Both the position numbers and the translations under genes were made by a program. Of a stretch of DNA of 64,000 nt, positions 59,320-64,000 are shown piece after piece; position 1 is the stretch's first letter; every line of letters starts with the position of its first letter. The DNA is from an uncultured delta proteobacterium (GTDB taxonomy: Bacteria > Desulfobacterota > Binatia > Binatales > Binataceae). The notes beneath the pieces were generated by a model. That model was given only the letters and a program-made list of their open reading frames with translations. It did no database searches and was not told the origin of the DNA. The stretch lies in assembly GCA_963842085.1 (NCBI GenBank), contig CAWJET010000002.1:928001-992000 (forward strand). The letters run 5' to 3'.

Positions 59320-60864
59320 TCAACTCTGCCCGCCGCCGAGTTCCGCCGCAATCTCGCGGACCACGACTCGATCGTCGAACGGGAGCACGCGCCCCGCCAC
59401 CAACTGATAGTCCTCGTGTCCCTTGCCCGCGATCAAAACTGCGTCGCCCGGCGTCGCAATTCTTAGCGCAATCGCTATTGCCTTGCGCCGATCCGGCTCC
59501 ACGATGTATCCGCCGCTCATCGACGCGTCCGCAAATTCTTTCCCGTTCCCGATTCGCGCACGTCCCGCACCGATCAGCCCCTGCTCGACCTCGGCGATTA
59601 TAGCCATCGGATCTTCGCTGCGCGGATTGTCGGAGGTCAGCAGCGGGATATCCGCGAGCCGTCCCGCAATCTCACCCATGAGCGGACGCTTGCCGCGGTC
59701 GCGATCGCCGCCGCATCCGAACACGCAGATGATCCTGCCCGTGCGCAAACGCCGGAGCGCCGTCAAAACGGCTTCCAGCGCGTCCGGCTTGTGCGCGTAA
59801 TCGACCAGCACCGTGACCCCCGTTTTCGTTTTCGTTGGGACCACTTCGAGTCTGCCGGGGGCCCCTGGGCATCGCCGCACCCCATCCGCCACCGCCTCCA
59901 TATCGACACCCAGGGCCGCCGACAGAGCCGCCGCGCCCAGGATATTGAGCAAGTTGATTTCGCCGATCAGCGGCGATTCGATTTCGATTTTTTTGCCGAG
60001 CACCGACAGTGTCGCGCGAATCCCGCTCAGGTCCGCGTCGTAGTTTTCGGGATAAGCGTCGAGCGAATGGTCCAGCCCGAAACTAATCTTCGAGCCCTTG
60101 ACCGCTTCGAGCACGCGCCGCCCGAACGGATCGTCACCGCGCACGACCGCGACCGTGTCCGCGCGCTTGCTGCGCGGGAGTATCTCAGTGAACAGCCGCA
60201 GTTTGGCCGCGAAGTAGTCTTCGATCGTCCCGTGGTAGTCCAGGTGGTCGCGGCCGAGGTTGGTGAACATGCAGGCGCGGAAGCTCAGCGCGTCGACGCG
60301 CCCTTCGGCCAATCCAATCGACGATACTTCCGCCGCCGCGTGACCCACGCCTTCGCGCTCCATCCGCGCCAGCGCGGATTCGAAGTCGATCGACTCGGGC
60401 GTAGTCAGTCCGCTGTAGATTTTCCTGCCCCCAATGAAAATTCCAATCGTGCCGATGATCCCCGCGGGCATCCCGGCCGCCTCGAAGATCGACGCGACGA
60501 TGTAGCTGGTCGTGGTCTTGCCGCTGGTCCCGGTGATGCCGATCAAATCGACGCGCTCGCTCGGCGCTCCGAAAAAACGCGACGCGGTCGCGCCCATCAG
60601 CAGGCGCGGCCGCTCGCTCTCCACCAGGGTCGCCGCGGGGCGCGCCATTCCGCCGTCCCATCCCCCAACCACCACAGCGCGCGCCCCACGGTTTAATGCA
60701 TCCTCAATGTTCGCCCGGTTCCGCTTTGGGTCGCGGGCCGTCGAGAAATATAGATGACCGGGCCTCGTCTGACGCGAGTCGTAGCTGAGGCCCGTGATTT
60801 CCACGTTCAGGTCGCCGTCGATTCGACGGACGTCGAGTCCTTCGAGTAATTCACCAAGTTTCAC
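59320..60864 (-). CDS. murE: MurE ligase (meso-DAP type)
   Basis: GITGTSGKTTT, TTPES, EVSS, DHLDYHG, DYAHKPD, GCGGDRD, SDNPR, AGKGHE. Confidence 0.96.
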   Translation of the reverse strand: MKLGELLEGLDVRRIDGDLNVEITGLSYDSRQTRPGHLYFSTARDPKRNRANIEDALNRGARAVVVGGWDGGMARPAATLVESERPRLLMGATASRFFGAPSERVDLIGITGTSGKTTTSYIVASIFEAAGMPAGIIGTIGIFIGGRKIYSGLTTPESIDFESALARMEREGVGHAAAEVSSIGLAEGRVDALSFRACMFTNLGRDHLDYHGTIEDYFAAKLRLFTEILPRSKRADTVAVVRGDDPFGRRVLEAVKGSKISFGLDHSLDAYPENYDADLSGIRATLSVLGKKIEIESPLIGEINLLNILGAAALSAALGVDMEAVADGVRRCPGAPGRLEVVPTKTKTGVTVLVDYAHKPDALEAVLTALRRLRTGRIICVFGCGGDRDRGKRPLMGEIAGRLADIPLLTSDNPRSEDPMAIIAEVEQGLIGAGRARIGNGKEFADASMSGGYIVEPDRRKAIAIALRIATPGDAVLIAGKGHEDYQLVAGRVLPFDDRVVVREIAAELGGGQS

Positions 60865-62939
60865 TTTCGCCTGACGGGCGATGCGCCGCCGCCGCTGAAA
60901 TACGATGCGGGCACGACGCCGGGTTCTGTCGCCGCGCCTTCTGCGCCGTCGGCAATGATCGGCGCCAGCGTCAGTTTCACTGTCGCGTGATTCAGCGGCG
61001 CGCCGGCGCCCGGCTCCTGCGCGACCACGTAGCCGCCGCCGTGCACATCGACGTTGACGCGCGAGACGCGCGCCAACTCCATCGCGCGCCTGAGACTGAG
61101 TCCCGCGAAATTCGGCGTCGCCCGCGTCAGCTTCGAGCCCGTCAGCACAGGAAGATAGTCGTCCACGTCCGCCGCCGTCGCCGCAGCGCTTTTCCGGTCC
61201 GAGTCTTTGCCGAAATCGGGCAGCGGAACCATGCTGGCGGTATCGTAGGGCGGACTCGGCGCCGTGATATTCAAATCGCGGACAGCGCCCTGCGCAATTT
61301 CGCTGAACACCGGCGCCGCGATCAACCCGCCGAAATGCTCGTGGCCCACGTCGTACAGAGCCACCAGAATCAGCAGGCGCGGATCGTCCGCCGGCAAAAA
61401 TCCCACGAACGACGAGACATGCCGATTCTGATAGTAGGTGCCGTTTTCCGGATTCACCATCTGCGCCGTGCCAGTCTTGCCCGCGACGATAAATCCGTCA
61501 ACGCGCGCCTTCGCCGCCGTGCCGCCGTCGGACATCACGACGTTGCGCAGCAGCAGGTTCATCCGATGCGCGATATCGGGCGCAATCGCGCGACGAATTA
61601 CTTGCGGCGTATGCGTCAGGATCGCGCGCCCCTCCGCGTCGTAGGCGGCCTTCACCACGTACGGGCGGACGATATTTCCGCCGTTTGCGATCGCCGCATA
61701 CGCCACTGCGAGCTGGATTGGTGTGACTGCGACGCCCTGCCCAAAACCGTGATTGGCAAGATCGATTTCCTTCCATCCCGCCGGCTTGCTCATCAGCCCC
61801 GGCGCTTCGCCGGGCAAATCGATTCCAGTGCGCGATCCGATCCCAAACGCGCGCAGTCCCTCGTAGTAGCGCTCCGAGCCGAGCGTCAACGCGATCTTCG
61901 CCGCGCCGATATTCGATGACACTTCGATTATGCCGCCGAGATTGAGCCATCCGTGAGGGCTGTGATCGTGGATGGTGCGGCGGTCGAGCGTGAAGTGCCC
62001 GTTCTCGCAATAGATCTGCTTGTCGACTGTGATCGCGTTGTCGGCCAGCGCGATCGAGCCGAGGATTCCCTTCATCGTCGAGCCCGGCTCGAACGCGTCC
62101 TCCACCGCCGGGTTGTGCAGCCGGTCATGAAGGTCGGCCCCGCCGGCGCTGACGTTCGCCATCGCGATCACTTCGCCGGTGAATGGATCGAGCACAATTG
62201 CGCTGCCGCGCTTCGCGCCGCTCGCCTTCACTTCCGCCGCCAATTCGGTTTCGGCGAGCGACTGGATTGACGAGTCGATCGTCAGCTCGAGCTGCGCGCC
62301 CGGCTCCGGCGCCTTGAGCGCCAGCGGGCTGTCGAAAATAGGATGGCCCTGCGCGTCATGATCGAAACTCAGCTCGACCGCTTCACCGCGCGCGAGCTTG
62401 TCATACTGCAACTCCAACCCGGAGAGCCCCTGGCCGTCCATCCCCGCCAACCCCACCACCGACGCGGCCAGGTTGCTCTCCGGGTAAAACCGCTTGTATT
62501 CGCTGACGGTGCCGATACCGTCGATGCCGAGCGCTTCCACCGCCTGCGCCTTGTCCGGCGGAAGTCGCCGCTCGAGCCACACGAATGGCGCGTCCTTTTT
62601 CAGCTTCGATTCGAGCGAAATCGGCATCATCATCAGGATTGCCGCGAGCTTGCCGCGCTCGGCCGGCGTGCTCGACTCGAGCACCCGCTTGGGCCGCGCG
62701 TAAACCGACCGCGTCTCGGCCGACAGCGCGAGCGGCTCGCCGTTGCGATCGACGATCGGTCCGCGCACCGCCGCGAGTTCGGTTTCTCCGGTATGCTCGT
62801 GGCGCGCGAGCGAGTTCAAGCGCGGGCCGTACAGCGCCACCAGCACCACCAGCCGGACGACCGCGAAGCCGAACAACCCCGCCAGCGCAAACGTGAGTGC
62901 TCCGATTCGGGCGCGCCGCTGCTTGAACGATGTATTCAT
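60861..62939 (-). CDS. ftsI: Class B PBP FtsI with PASTA domain
   Basis: RGPIVDRNG, EPGSTMK (SxxK), SSN, GKTGTAQ; C-terminal PNFAGLSLR PASTA. Confidence 0.95.
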   Translation of the reverse strand: MNTSFKQRRARIGALTFALAGLFGFAVVRLVVLVALYGPRLNSLARHEHTGETELAAVRGPIVDRNGEPLALSAETRSVYARPKRVLESSTPAERGKLAAILMMMPISLESKLKKDAPFVWLERRLPPDKAQAVEALGIDGIGTVSEYKRFYPESNLAASVVGLAGMDGQGLSGLELQYDKLARGEAVELSFDHDAQGHPIFDSPLALKAPEPGAQLELTIDSSIQSLAETELAAEVKASGAKRGSAIVLDPFTGEVIAMANVSAGGADLHDRLHNPAVEDAFEPGSTMKGILGSIALADNAITVDKQIYCENGHFTLDRRTIHDHSPHGWLNLGGIIEVSSNIGAAKIALTLGSERYYEGLRAFGIGSRTGIDLPGEAPGLMSKPAGWKEIDLANHGFGQGVAVTPIQLAVAYAAIANGGNIVRPYVVKAAYDAEGRAILTHTPQVIRRAIAPDIAHRMNLLLRNVVMSDGGTAAKARVDGFIVAGKTGTAQMVNPENGTYYQNRHVSSFVGFLPADDPRLLILVALYDVGHEHFGGLIAAPVFSEIAQGAVRDLNITAPSPPYDTASMVPLPDFGKDSDRKSAAATAADVDDYLPVLTGSKLTRATPNFAGLSLRRAMELARVSRVNVDVHGGGYVVAQEPGAGAPLNHATVKLTLAPIIADGAEGAATEPGVVPASYFSGGGASPVRRK

Positions 62940-63223
62940 GGAAGCATCACCACCTGCCCACGCGCGGGCGGCGCCAGATGATACTGCGGCGCGAGCGCAC
63001 GCAACCTGTCGTGCGAGCTAAGCTGCGCAGCCGTCAGGCGCAGCCTGCGATTTTCGTCCTGCAGCTTCGCGATCTCATCGTGCAGCGCCGAAAGACGATA
63101 GCCTTCCTGCGTCACTTCCAGCCGAATCATCAGCGTCGCGAATCCCACCGCTGCGATCAGCGTGCCCAGCACGGCCGGCACCACCTTCGACGGCCGCCTG
63201 GTCGGCTTAACCCGCGCGCTCAT
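62936..63223 (-). CDS. ftsL: Cell division protein FtsL
   Basis: Small TM + coiled coil (GYRLSALHDEIAKLQDENRRLRL..L) between rsmH and ftsI. Confidence 0.8.
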   Translation of the reverse strand: MSARVKPTRRPSKVVPAVLGTLIAAVGFATLMIRLEVTQEGYRLSALHDEIAKLQDENRRLRLTAAQLSSHDRLRALAPQYHLAPPARGQVVMLP

Positions 63224-64000
63224 CGTGCGCTCCGTTCGATACATCGGATCCGCGCGCTGCGCGCGCGCGGGTTGCGCGAAGTTTCCGTCGGCGACGGCTT
63301 GATCACCTTGCGCGCTATCGCCGCATAACCACCCGCGCGAACCAGCTGACGAAAGCGCTCCTTTACCGGACGGTCTTCGAGCGAGTGATACGAGATGACC
63401 AGCATCCGCCCGCCCGGATTGAGCATCGCGGGGCCGTCGCGCAGAAGCGCTGCGAGACTTTCCATCTCGTGATTCACCGCGATTCGCAGCGCCTGGAAGG
63501 TGCGCGTCGCCGGATGCGTCCCGCCGCGCCGATGCGCTCCCAGCGCCCGCTCGACGATTGCGCGCAATTCGCCCGTCGTCTCGATTGGACTTCGCCGGCG
63601 AGCCTCGACGATCATCCGCGCAATCCGCCGCGACCCGCGCTCCTCGCCATACATATAGATGATGCGCGCGAGCTCCTCCGCGCTCTCTTCATTGACGATG
63701 TCCCGCGCGCGGAGCGTCTGCCGAGTGTCCATGCGCATGTCGAGCGGGCCGTCGAGCCGAAACGAGAACCCGCGACCCGGATCGTCCAGCGCGTAGCTGC
63801 TCATGCCGAGGTCGGCGAGTATCGCATCGGCGCCGTCGAAGTGATGCTGTTTCATCACCGACGCAATTTCGCCGAAGTCCGCGCGCTCGAGCACGACCCG
63901 ATCGCCGAACTCCGCCAGCCGGTCGCGCGCGACGGCCAGCGCCGCCGCGTCGCGATCCAGCCCGAGCATCCGCACCTTCGTGGCGCGGAGCATCGCCGCC
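63220..64000 (-). CDS. rsmH: 16S rRNA m4C1402 methyltransferase RsmH (5' end outside the window)
   Basis: ADLGMSS, RGFSFRLDGPLDMRMD, YGEE, HPATRTFQALRIAVN, ISYHSLEDR, NPRARSA. Confidence 0.97.
   Translation of the reverse strand, partial: AAMLRATKVRMLGLDRDAAALAVARDRLAEFGDRVVLERADFGEIASVMKQHHFDGADAILADLGMSSYALDDPGRGFSFRLDGPLDMRMDTRQTLRARDIVNEESAEELARIIYMYGEERGSRRIARMIVEARRRSPIETTGELRAIVERALGAHRRGGTHPATRTFQALRIAVNHEMESLAALLRDGPAMLNPGGRMLVISYHSLEDRPVKERFRQLVRAGGYAAIARKVIKPSPTETSRNPRARSARIRCIERSAR

Overview
GC-rich bacterial chromosomal window. The gene content (DUF1329 protein, F420-type reductase, sulfotransferases, Deltaproteobacteria-like dcw cluster) is compatible with a Binatota/Desulfobacterota-like organism, but this is inference only. 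Two consensus parS palindromes (2828 and 36632) suggest the window is origin-proximal. From left to right it holds: a decayed vapBC pair; a complete IS1595-family element with TIRs, an 8-bp TSD and two passenger ORFs; a hybrid histidine kinase; MaoC and MFS genes; a relic kinase with a nucleotidyltransferase; tRNA-Lys; a sigma-54 activator; a sqdB/GT2/sulfotransferase glycan cluster; frameshifted gabT; a CYTH-like gene with chromate-transporter genes; DUF1329; a TA pair; a FecR-OmpA-CHASE2/PP2C-STAS-RsbW signalling block; an LpxH/PlcP-like esterase with a glycolipid synthase; tRNA-Glu; a non-canonical DHODH homologue; panE-JAB; higBA; a TetR-controlled operon of three ferritin-like (diiron) proteins plus two small paralogous proteins; pckG; another TA pair; and the dcw cluster, which lacks both murF and ddl. 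The ferritin-like operon is the best candidate for an undescribed system. The other leading observation is a conserved extended parS element that the IS interrupts. All calls come from reading the sequence and recognising motifs; no database searches were run.
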